NCBI GenBank assembly: GCA_039621445.1
Contig: CP154954.1
Location: forward strand, 25,680,954-25,744,953
Direction: 5' to 3'
DNA: 64,000 nucleotides
Source: Euglena gracilis
Lineage: Eukaryota
The translations under genes and the position numbers were made by a program. Shown piece by piece: positions 25,701-34,589 of this stretch (within the stretch, counting starts at the first letter, position 1; each line of letters starts with the position of its first letter). Under the pieces are notes generated by a model. That model was not told the origin of the DNA, searched no databases, and worked only from the letters and a program-made list of their open reading frames with translations.

Positions 25701-28446
25701 AACACGAGGTTTTTCCAGGCAACCACCACCGGATTCGGGGAGGATTGGCACTTAATTTTACTTAGGCGGCCGGATTTGCACTTAAGGGGTTTTTTCTTTG
25801 AAATGGACGCATTTGCGCAAATGCGCAAATTTTACAAAATTTCTGCGACCCTTTACCCTGACACACGGAGAACAGCTTATGAACTGTTACACCCCACTGT
25901 TGAGGGGATCCTTTTATTAAAAACACCAAAAACCTTCTACTCCAGCACATCCCACCATGTGCACAGGTGAAATGGGGGAATCACAAATGCCTGAGAACGC
26001 AAGAAATACAATTTCTGGCAACCACGTAACATTGCTGACCCAGAACTCGAAACCATCCATTTTTTTTCCATTGCAATTACTTTAAATTTCTGACCCTATT
26101 CAAGACATTTGCTTGCCTGTTGACAATGACTGTCCTCATGGACCGCCCTGATCCCCATGCTTCGCCCTAGGCTTCTTCCTTGTGCGTTCCAAAGCCACAG
26201 AGGAGTCTGAAGCCATCGGGCCATCTTCGGGGTCTGACACTTTAGCTGAGGGAAAAAATGCCTTAAAACCCCTTAAAATTTTTTTAAAATCCTCAAAATG
26301 CCTTAAAAAACCTTTAAAAACCTTTAAAAACGCCTTAAAATTTTTTGCAAAATCTCGCCTTAAAAAAAATAATGCCTGGTCCAGACCCCCATCCAGTACA
26401 GGAGGGGGGTTACACCCTTCTTATATCGAACTCTGTTCAGGCCCCGGGGGTCGAACCTCCCCCGTGCAAACACTTACGGGGACCCAGGGTCTGTTTCAGG
26501 GTCAGTTGGTTCAAGTACCTCAAGGTTCAAGTACTTCAAGGTTGGTTCAAGTACTTTAGGGTCTGTTTCAGGGTTAGTTGGTTCAAGTTCAAGTGCTCGC
26601 AGGGACGGGGATTGGGCAGTGACGCTCCGGGGGCCGGGGGGCGGGGGGGGGGGGGCATGCCCAGGGCCCCGCGGCTGACACACCGCCAGGAGGCGCCGAG
26701 CTCGTTCTCCGTCGCGCTGCGCATCGGGGTGATGGGCGGGTGGTCGCCCACGTCCACCCCGCCCCGGGGGGCACTGACCCCGTCCTTAAGCAGCGCCCGC
26801 ACGTACCCGCCGTACACTGTGGGGGCGACACGGGGCTCCATGCACGGAGGCCCGGGCACGCAGTGGGGTGGACAGGGTCCTTGCCCACATGATGGTCAGG
26901 TGGGTTGACAGCACACTGGCGATGCAAATTGTTCATCAGGCGCAGGAAACCGCTCAAATATAAAACCCCGAACCCTTCAAATGTAAACCCCGGCTGATAA
27001 ACCCCGCCACTTCTAAACAAATTCTCCCTCGCGGCGACCCAACAAAGAGACAGCGTTTAACCCCTTCTCGTGGTGAAGATGAATGAAAGGCACCGGGATG
27101 GGATTGGAACACGGCGGCGGCCCCCCGCAGGTCGAACGAGGGGTGGAACTTGGTGCTCTCCGTCCGGGGGTACGAGATGTAGCCCGCGGTGTACAGCTGC
27201 TCCGCCATCTGCCAGGAGGCGTGGGCACGCCGCGATGCAGGGGGGCATGGCCGGGCTGCAGGGATTTTTTTTAAGACCGGGGGAGGGGGCGTCCCCCCAC
27301 CCACCCACCCCCTGGGGGGGGGCTGGGGGGAGGTCTTAGAGGGCCCACTCACTTTTCCCCGAAAAAGGCCAAAATCGCGAAAAATGCTTAAAATAGCACC
27401 ATTTTCAAAAAGCCCCTGGGGGCTCGGCCGGACCCAACCACCCTACCCCCCTCCCCCCACCGGGGTCCAAGACTAAAAAAAAAACCCTGGCCAGGTTGCT
27501 GGTTTCTTGGCTGCCAGACAAAAAAAAAACACCGCGGGGGGGGGAAACAAGGGCTCAAAAGTGAGCTGGTTTTTGAAGTCTGGGTGGGCATGCACAAATA
27601 AATTCAAGAACAAGTATGTTGACCCCAAGGTCATCAGCAACTCGGAAAAAATCGACGGCTGTCTCACCAGGGAGGGGGCTGTGATGGAGGGGGCGACGTC
27701 CCACGGCCAGGGCTGGACGGGAACGCCGGGTGGGGGGGGGACGACCCCCCACCCACCATGGCACCGCCCAAAGAAATTCCCTCATCGCAAAAAGAAAATT
27801 TCGACCAAAAAATCTGCCCCCAGAGATATACGGGAAGGGGTGTGGGGGGGAGGGTCGGACCCTCGCCACCCACCACTGCACCAGGATGGGGGTGGGGGGG
27901 TTGACTCCCCCACCCACCACCCACAGGTTTGCGGGATTCCCATACAGCCATTCCCATGGCTCAGCAGGACCTCAGCCCCATGATACCCGCATCGCCTCGT
28001 GGGGCCCAATGCCGAGGCGCGTGGACGCCGCCTTCAGCATCTCCACCGTGTTCATGCCCCCCGGCTTGCTCCTGGTGAAGGGGGGGGGCAGACCGGCAGA
28101 GGCATCCCTGGGCCTATGGGCCCTGGGCACACATTTGCTGCGCACTGATGATGCGCGCGAACTGTTGCTGCAGCACAGGTGCTACCCGGGAATCTCGTCG
28201 AGACCATTGCCATTGAAGCGAACGAGGAAGGGACGTCAGGCAAAAAGAAAGAGATCGATTGGCAACGTGGCAAACAGTAGCCTTGATAAATACCTGGACA
28301 AGGAGGGATGGATTGATAACTAGACAAAAAGCATTTATCACTGCTATGTCCCTCAGACACGTTCAGTGTCCAAAAACCTCTCCTGGTTGATTGATTTTTA
28401 TTAGTATTGTGTATATAATATTATATATTATTATACATATAACACT

Positions 28447-28477
<31 letters not shown>

Positions 28478-31400
28478 ACCCATATGAACGTACCTTTCTC
28501 CTTGTATTCCGCCAACCGGTTTCAACGCTTCTTTACACAGCACCTGCCCCCCAATGGCAACTGTCTGTTCTGGCCTGCATACAGGCAAGGGAAGGGGAAC
28601 ACTTTGTCTCCTTCTTCTTCGTCACGTCGATCACCTTAGCTACCTTTTTGTCTGCCACCATCTGAAAACCGCGAGGAGGGGCTTGGGAAATAGGCAGGGC
28701 GAAGTCGTTCCCGAAAGAAAAAAAAATGTGCCAGGCGCACCCCGACACAATGCAATACTGTCCCGGACACGCACCCTGGCCACAACCAAGCCGGTGAACG
28801 GCAATCGATCGGAAAGCAATTTCACTGCACCAACATTCACGCATGCAGGGCCTATCTGCGCCATCTGGCGACACCAGTTTGTTTGCCGATTTTATTCCTG
28901 CCCCCTCCCCCACATAAAAAATGTAAATCGGAAAGCAGAAAAGAGGAATGACCGACTCAACAGGGACCCAGTCCAGAAGGGCAAGGCATGAGGTGTCCGA
29001 GCCACAAATCCTTTCGTCCGCTTCCACAAGCAATCCCCAACCCCCCCATTGATGGCGAAAGGCCCTTATTCAGAGACGGCGGGGCTGCCGCCACAGCACG
29101 CCGCACGCCTTGTGCAGGGTCTGGGCGATGGGGAGGTCGAAGATGCGCCCGCGGTCCCACTCCAGGGTGAATGTGTGGCCGCCCTTGAAGCAGGTCGGCA
29201 CCAGCCGCCAGAAACTCTCTGGGAGGGGGCGTGGAGCTTCGCCATGAGTTATGAATCCACGGCAAAGATGCATCCCGGCCAGGGGTTTTTTAGGGCCCGG
29301 GGTCCGGACCCACCCACCAACCCCCTGACCCCCTGGGGGACCCCCCCGGGGGGACTTGGGGGATGCTTCCGCACCGTGTGCACCGTGTGCGGCACCGTGT
29401 GCACCGTGTGAGAAGAATCACTCTACAAATGCCCAGCTTTCACAAATCGTCAGCAGTGCCTCATCTTGCATTCTTATTTTAGTGTAAGCTGAGTGATGTT
29501 GAACAGCAGAGGGGGAAAGATGATTTGTTGTCCAAAGAGCAGCATGCATCATGTTTCAGGCTGGTGTTGCCCCAATCGGTCCATGATTGTGTGACAGGCA
29601 AGGCTGTAGATTTGAATGAGTGGGATGAACGGGCAAATCAGTGACGGTAGATGGAATTCATCTGTTTGCGGGGTATGTTTGACAAAATATTTTGCACCAC
29701 CATCATTTCGTCACCAAGCACCTCTGATGATGCTGGGCGATGCTGGGCGATGCTGGATTTTTGGAGACCAGAGGTAGGGTTCCGATGCTGGGCAATGCTG
29801 GGCGATGCCGGCATTTTTTTTGCCTATTTTGAAGAATTAATCCCGTATTTATGATTAATAAGCACTTTTGGCCACTTTTTCTGACTGCTTTCGGTTAATT
29901 TTGACTGCTTTTGGGCATTTTTTTTGGCCCATTTTAAAGTACTTTTGCTGCTCTTTGGACATTTTTGGTCAATTTTCACCATTTGTGACTGTTTTTGCCA
30001 CTTTTGTCGGCTTTTGCCCATTCGCGGGTTAGGACTGTCAAAGGTGGGTTGCCGACCGCAGCCGACTGCAGCCGACCGCGCAACTTTTTTCTAATTGATG
30101 TCGATTTTTCAGTGAGAATGAGGAATCAGGCTCATTTTTATCCCAGATTTTGAGATTTTTCTGGCTCATCTGGTTCATATTGTCATTTACGGCGATTTTT
30201 GGCCGCTTTGGGCATTTTAGGTCGCTGTTTTCCCCTTTTGGCCCATTTGTCACCGTAATTCACCAATTTTGACTTATTTTGACCATTTTTGGCCACTTTT
30301 TGCCCACTTCTTGCAATTTTGGGCCACTTTGTCCTGCTCTTGGGCATTTTGGGCCATTTTTGACCTTTTAAAGCCATTTTCGACCTTTTTTTTGTTATTT
30401 TTGCCCCTTTTTTGGTCTATTTTTGGTCCAATTTGACCATTTTTGAGCATTTTGCGCCAGTTTGTTGCCAAAAGTGAACAAAAGCTGCTAAAGTGACCAA
30501 AATTGGCCAACACCACTTTGGACATTTTTTTTGTTATTTTTGTCTGCTTTTGGTAACTTTTTGGTAAATTTTTGTTTTACACCTGATTCTTGCCACACGG
30601 TGCCACACGGTGCACGCGGTGCACACGGTGCACACGGTGCCGCACACGGTGCACACGGTGCCGCACACGGTGCACACGGTGCCGCACACGGTGCACAAGG
30701 TGCCGCACACGGTGCACACGGTGCCGCACACGGTGCACACGGTGCCGCACACGGTGCACACGATGCCGCACACGGTGCGGAACACACGGTGCACACGGTG
30801 CGGAAGCATCCCCTTGGGGGGACCACTTGGGAGTAAATTTTGGGGTCCAAAAAAAAAAACTCTCGGCACTTCGTGCCGAAAATACAGGAAAACCCTGCCT
30901 CCGGCAGGGTCCACTTGGCCTGACCCCCCCCCCGGGGGAGGCTCGGCCGCGACCCATCCACCCCCCCCACAGTTCTGGCGCCGCAAGGCAGAGGCACACC
31001 AGGCTTGAAAGACATGATTTCGTCATGTCGCTTTACGCAGAACCCAAGGGTCGGTGTTTGGCAGGGCCCGTAGCTGATCAGCCTGCGGCCAAGACAGCCA
31101 GCGAGGGGCTCTGATTGAGTGAATATTTTCTTGCAATGAGCCCTGAACTGCGCAAACATTTGCAAGCCCAACCACCATTCCAGGTATAAAACTTGTTGTT
31201 CAAAATACGGAAGAGATCAGGGGGTTGCATCCCCCCCCTGCCGGCAGTCCAGCTCAGAGGCTGGTAAATTTTGGATGGCTGGAAAAAAGGCACTGTTTGA
31301 CTGCCCCCTCCTATTGTGGTCCCAATGCCCAGGTCGAACTGGGTTCACAAAGGGTCCAACTGGGGTAGTTTCAAAAATCCAACAGAACTGATTCCCGAAA

Positions 31401-34275
31401 TCAACAACATACACCAAATTTGAGCTGGGTGGTCAACTTTATTGACGAACTTTTCCCATTCAACCCATTTCATCACCCACCAAAGCAAAGTTACACCAGG
31501 CCGTGCAGGCGAGAACACAGGAATTGAAACTTATTCGTGGGTCTGGCTGGAACCGCAAGGGGTGGGAGGGTCCAGCCAGTCAGCCGCCTTTTCAGGAAAG
31601 AAAGCTGATATTAAATCCCGATGTATGTGTTGCCTTAACCCCAGTCAACAGAGGGGCTGACTGTTCTTTGACCGAGACACAAAGGGAAGGTTGTGTCTCG
31701 GTCAAAGGTTGTAACCGAGGCTCAGGCAAGGCAGCACTAAAAGCCATAACGCCCAACCTCATCTGGGAACAACGTTTTGACACAGGCAAACACACTTCGC
31801 GTCCAGCGTGTTGTACTTGCCCTGGAAATACTTCGTCTGATACCGCGTGAAGGCAACCCCAACCTTCAGATCCAGCTCCTGGGCATCGGGGTGGGTGGGG
31901 GGGGGGAGTGGGATGGTCTCCATCTGTTCATGCCGCCAACACACAAACCAGGCAAGTGCGGACTGAGGACCCAAAGCACATGCTCCCCAACCTGCCGGGC
32001 ATCGACGGAGAGGGACTCAAGCTCGTTCGGCTTCACCAAAGCATCCATTGCCCTGTGGGGAAAGGGTCCGAGGTCTTTGAGGTCTTTGTTAGCCAAGCAT
32101 ACCACCGGGCTTCTTCTATTCATCAACCCCTGGGGTGCCATGTGCTGTGGGGTACCTGCCTGTCACGATCCATGGGGAGTTGCTATACAAACTGCCCACC
32201 CCAAAACTGCGGAGGTGGGAAATGCCCCTCCTCCTCCTCCTAGAACCCCCTGCGAAAGCCTGGACTTGACCGAATTGAAATGGACTGCAACAAAGAAGCG
32301 AATGCCAAGCCACAATGCCAATAAATAAAGTCACTGGTCTTAAAGTCGCAAGAGACTCTCAAATTGTCCAAGCAATGAATCAACGCCAGCAGAGACACAG
32401 GAAAGTGTCCAGTCTGTATGAAAATGACCAAACTGCACACATTACTAATCATTTCTCTTTCGACAACTGGCATGCATTAAACCACCCCCAAAGATCATGA
32501 ACACAAACCCCGCATGCCAACCTCTGGATGTCACTGGCGGTGATGGCAGAGAATTTGGCCCGGTAAATGTTGGACATGCCCTGGTTGCCCCGGATGTTCT
32601 TCTCCACGATGGAGATGACCTGCAGGGGGGGAATGCAATATGGACCCTCAAAAATGCGACACAAAAAAAAATGCAAACAAGCATAAATGAACACAAAAAA
32701 GTGCAAGTGGCATTTAAAATCCCTTAGGAGCTCCCCGGGATGTACATTGCTGGAGAGGAGTGAGGAAAATTGTCGGCTAACCCGGGGAAAATTTTTTATT
32801 TGCATAAAAATAAGCATTTTGTTGACAAAAAAAGCAAAAAAATGACAAAAAAAGACAAATTTTTGATCTTGGGTGAAAATCAGAATCAACGAGGAATTCT
32901 TTCATAGGTCAAGAAATTCCTTAAGAAAAATCCAAAAAATCGCCGGAAAAAAACACAAAAAAAAAACGCCAAAAATGTCTTTGTGTTCCCCCTGTGGCTG
33001 CATCGGTGCTGGAGATTTTCTCTGCATCTGTTGGGACCATTCTCGAACTGGAAAAAAAATCAGGTTTGATTGTATGTTTTGGGGGGGGGAGCCCACGCAA
33101 AACAAAAAAAGGGGAAATCTTCTCAAAAATGTCTAAATGTGCTGAGTCGAAACTGAAAACTGGCACCCCCCCCCCCTGGGAAACTGTCACCTGACAGGTC
33201 GGCCAAAACCGGGGACCCTGACAACTTCCTATCATGACAGGTTGGCCGGTCCCACGGACCCTGACAATTTCCTGGTGGGGAGCCTGACAGTATCCTGGGT
33301 AGGGCACTTCAGGGGGAAATCAATGAAAAATGACTCCAACAGGTTGGACGGTACCGGGGACCCTAACAACTTCCTATGCTGACAAGTTGGCCAATACCCG
33401 GGACCCTGACAGTTTCCCAGGCGGGACCCTGACAGGATCTCGGGCATGACAGTTTCCCAGGGGGGTAGGTAGGAACATAAACAGAAGACGCAAAAGAAAA
33501 CATTGAGTTTCCTGGCATAAAAAAAAACGTCAACAAATGCAAAAAAAGCCAAAATAACACATGCGTGTTTCCCCCTGAGGGGTTGGGAATACTTCAAAGC
33601 AGATGTTTTCCCCTTCTCGATCACAATCCAGCCACAACACGAGGTAGTCGATACCCTTGGACTCTGCCTGAGGAGGAAGAGCGCAAAGCCAACAAGCTTG
33701 CATAGGGGGGGGGTGAGAGAAGAAAACACACACAAGACGCTTCCTTGGGACTTGATACCAAGTCAGGCAGGCTCAGGCCCCCCCCCCAATAGACCACACA
33801 TCCTTCTGCAAAAAGGTCATTGACTGGTTGCAAAGGGTTCAAAGACTTCAAGGTCAGATGCAGGGGAGGGGCTCGTTGCCGCGAGGTTGGGGTTTTAGTG
33901 TTAACAGATGAAAGGAGTTAAGTTGCAAAATACATATTTCTCAGGTTTTTTTTGTTTCAGAATTGGTTTTCACCGACCTTCCCCCAATATCCCAGGCACA
34001 GTGATGTTCCACGAATGTACCATTGGGGCTTTTGAGGATGATGCATATGCAGTCAACGGGATTTTAAAGACACACGGTGCCTTGAGCAGGGTTTTCCCCC
34101 CAGAAGTGGTCACCTGACAAGTCAGCTGATACGGGCCCAAGGTGATAACGTCCGGGGTGGGTCAACCTGACGGGGTAACAACACAGCTTTCCAGGGGGGG
34201 GGGGTATGAGAAAAGGGAATGCCTTGAGGTGGGCCACGACGTTGGTTGACGGGTTGGACTCGTTCTTCAGGGTCT
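3854..34275 (-). CDS. TOP3B: DNA topoisomerase III beta (type IA), 25 identified exons; canonical N-terminal ~85 aa not found
   Basis: Motifs in order: [17 protein letters not shown] (Toprim), [49 protein letters not shown] (catalytic Tyr), [28 protein letters not shown], Cys zinc-ribbon repeats and an RG-rich tail. All 24 junctions are phase-consistent with GT/GC-AG ends. Confidence 0.96.
4508..4661 (-). CDS. TOP3B: TOP3B exon ([13 protein letters not shown]...KSPL...[14 protein letters not shown])
   Basis: Last zinc ribbon, KSPL and GCxxCD motifs. Confidence 0.9.
5476..5524 (-). CDS. TOP3B: TOP3B exon ([16 protein letters not shown])
   Basis: CNxC motif; phases fit both neighbours. Confidence 0.85.
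6268..6401 (-). CDS. TOP3B: TOP3B exon ([15 protein letters not shown]...[13 protein letters not shown])
   Basis: CxxCxHPxC motif; cag/gt ends. Confidence 0.92.
6581..7633. mobile_element. Foldback-like element built from GTAC motifs
   Basis: Ends ggggttctgggg...gtacgtacctgg are inverted; internal ~77-bp tandem units at 7033-7330. Confidence 0.65.
7663..7800. repeat. (CCAT)n microsatellite
   Basis: Direct reading. Confidence 0.95.
7869..14140. mobile_element. DNA transposon (outer), CTTAGG-TIR family
   Basis: 24-bp perfect TIR cttaggcggcctaactcgcactta; 5-bp TSD tgaat (7864-7868, 14141-14145); no intact transposase seen. Confidence 0.88.
10039..13686. mobile_element. DNA transposon (inner, nested), CTTAGG-TIR family
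   Basis: 32-bp perfect TIR cttaggcggccgtgaaggcacttaagggtttt; 5-bp TSD tatgt (10034-10038, 13687-13691); GC-rich; about 20 gcgcacctgcgc motifs. Confidence 0.92.
14778..14907 (-). CDS. TOP3B: TOP3B exon ([14 protein letters not shown]...[16 protein letters not shown])
   Basis: CPLD...CPYCYN motif; cag/gt ends. Confidence 0.94.
15720..16048. repeat. Dispersed ~320-bp repeat (aaaaccagtcagtcact motifs); second copy at 21065-21362
   Basis: Colinear similarity between the two copies. Confidence 0.65.
18112..18178 (-). CDS. TOP3B: TOP3B exon ([22 protein letters not shown])
   Basis: RLHCxxCD.TY.LPQ motif; cag/gt ends. Confidence 0.93.
18395..18452 (-). CDS. TOP3B: TOP3B exon ([20 protein letters not shown])
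   Basis: Zinc ribbon RCGxC; cag/gt ends. Confidence 0.92.
18637..18687 (-). CDS. TOP3B: TOP3B exon ([17 protein letters not shown])
   Basis: MDELMExSF motif; cag/gt ends. Confidence 0.9.
19982..20039 (-). CDS. TOP3B: TOP3B exon ([19 protein letters not shown])
   Basis: LDxFKxKFxYF motif; cag/gt ends. Confidence 0.9.
20349..20441 (-). CDS. TOP3B: TOP3B exon ([31 protein letters not shown])
   Basis: IDxELVLP motif; cag/gt ends. Confidence 0.93.
20821..20879 (-). CDS. TOP3B: TOP3B exon ([20 protein letters not shown])
   Basis: PTxLG..LVHGY motif; cag/gt ends. Confidence 0.93.
21390..21465 (-). CDS. TOP3B: TOP3B exon ([25 protein letters not shown])
   Basis: GIGTDAS motif; cag/gt ends. Confidence 0.95.
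21671..21788 (-). CDS. TOP3B: TOP3B exon (LPELKVGDE...[16 protein letters not shown])
   Basis: [10 protein letters not shown] motif; cag/gt ends. Confidence 0.95.
23097..23270 (-). CDS. TOP3B: TOP3B exon ([19 protein letters not shown]...[15 protein letters not shown])
   Basis: Read directly from the sequence (not in the ORF track frame); cag/gt ends. Confidence 0.93.
25122..26378. mobile_element. hAT-like non-autonomous element
   Basis: TIR caggcattatttttt; perfect 8-bp TSD gtccagac; subterminal ccttaaaa repeats; carries a solo CTTAGG TIR at 25761-25786. Confidence 0.88.
26684..26816 (-). CDS. TOP3B: TOP3B exon ([10 protein letters not shown]...[22 protein letters not shown])
   Basis: DHPPITP motif; cag/gt ends. 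Confidence 0.95.
27094..27208 (-). CDS. TOP3B: TOP3B exon with catalytic tyrosine ([18 protein letters not shown]...SHP)
   Basis: GYISYPRT motif; cag/gt ends. Confidence 0.96.
27259..27489. mobile_element. hAT-like MITE (older)
   Basis: caggg(a/t)ttttttt TIR; degenerate TSD; related copy at 48059-48310. Confidence 0.6.
27987..28071 (-). CDS. TOP3B: TOP3B exon ([28 protein letters not shown])
   Basis: NTVEML...LG motif; cag/gt ends. Confidence 0.93.
28603..28661 (-). CDS. TOP3B: TOP3B exon ([20 protein letters not shown])
   Basis: cag/gt ends, phase fits neighbours. Confidence 0.88.
29109..29218 (-). CDS. TOP3B: TOP3B exon (ESFWRLVP...[17 protein letters not shown]), GC donor
   Basis: WDRGRIFD motif; phase requires AAG|GCGTGC donor. 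Confidence 0.9.
29359..30813. mobile_element. TIR element (PIF/Harbinger-like), nested in a caggg...ccctg MITE (29280-30897)
   Basis: About 31-bp TIR ggggatgcttccgcaccgtgtgcaccgtgtg; 3-bp TSD ttg; subterminal cacacggtg repeats. Confidence 0.75.
30590..30803. repeat. 21-bp minisatellite (cacacggtgccgcacacggtg)
   Basis: Direct reading; expanded subterminal repeat of the 29359-30813 element. Confidence 0.92.
31000..31082 (-). CDS. TOP3B: TOP3B exon ([27 protein letters not shown])
   Basis: [12 protein letters not shown] motif; cag/gt ends. Confidence 0.95.
31796..31878 (-). CDS. TOP3B: TOP3B exon ([28 protein letters not shown])
   Basis: Highly conserved motif; cag/gt ends. Confidence 0.95.
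31992..32052 (-). CDS. TOP3B: TOP3B exon ([20 protein letters not shown])
   Basis: SVDARQ motif; cag/gt ends. Confidence 0.93.
32522..32619 (-). CDS. TOP3B: TOP3B exon ([11 protein letters not shown]...[14 protein letters not shown])
   Basis: RAKFSAIT motif; cag/gt ends. Confidence 0.93.
33170..33466. mobile_element. MITE
   Basis: TIR cccccctgggaaactgtca; internal accctgaca repeats. Confidence 0.65.
33593..33667 (-). CDS. TOP3B: TOP3B exon ([25 protein letters not shown])
   Basis: Toprim DxD motif; cag/gt ends. Confidence 0.95.
34223..34275 (-). CDS. TOP3B: TOP3B exon ([18 protein letters not shown]), GC donor
   Basis: cag acceptor; AAG|GCATTC donor; aligns by eye to the 'TEKKEANPKLNMVKFLQ' region. 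Confidence 0.7.
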
Positions 34276-34589
34276 CTGTGGAAAAGCAGGGAGAGGAAAT
34301 CCTGCGATCATTCGGGAAACGTTATCGCTGGAGAGTCAGCACCCTGCTGGTTTACAATCCTGCTGGTTTGTGCTGAAGGTGCACATGCTGCTTACCGGGT
34401 GACGCAAATAGGGCCAAGGGTGGGATTGGTGCTCTCGTACATCAAACGGAGGGAAACACACACCCACTGTTACGACACTTGGAACTGGTTCTGAATCATT
34501 GGCTGAAGTGGCTTGGATACTGCAGCCGCCCGTAAGAACACAGGGAGCGATATTACATCACACACCACAGAATACGTCAGCGAGACATC

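Noticed and set aside
28662-29108. GC-AG introns as structured intermediate introns
   Set aside because: No +4..6/-8..-6 pairing at either GC-AG intron
34396-34425. Possible TOP3B exon PLALFASP with a GTAAGC donor
   Set aside because: Phase fits and it resembles 'ELF..AP', but there is no convincing acceptor or upstream W/D motif and the donor type is absent elsewhere in the gene; left unresolved
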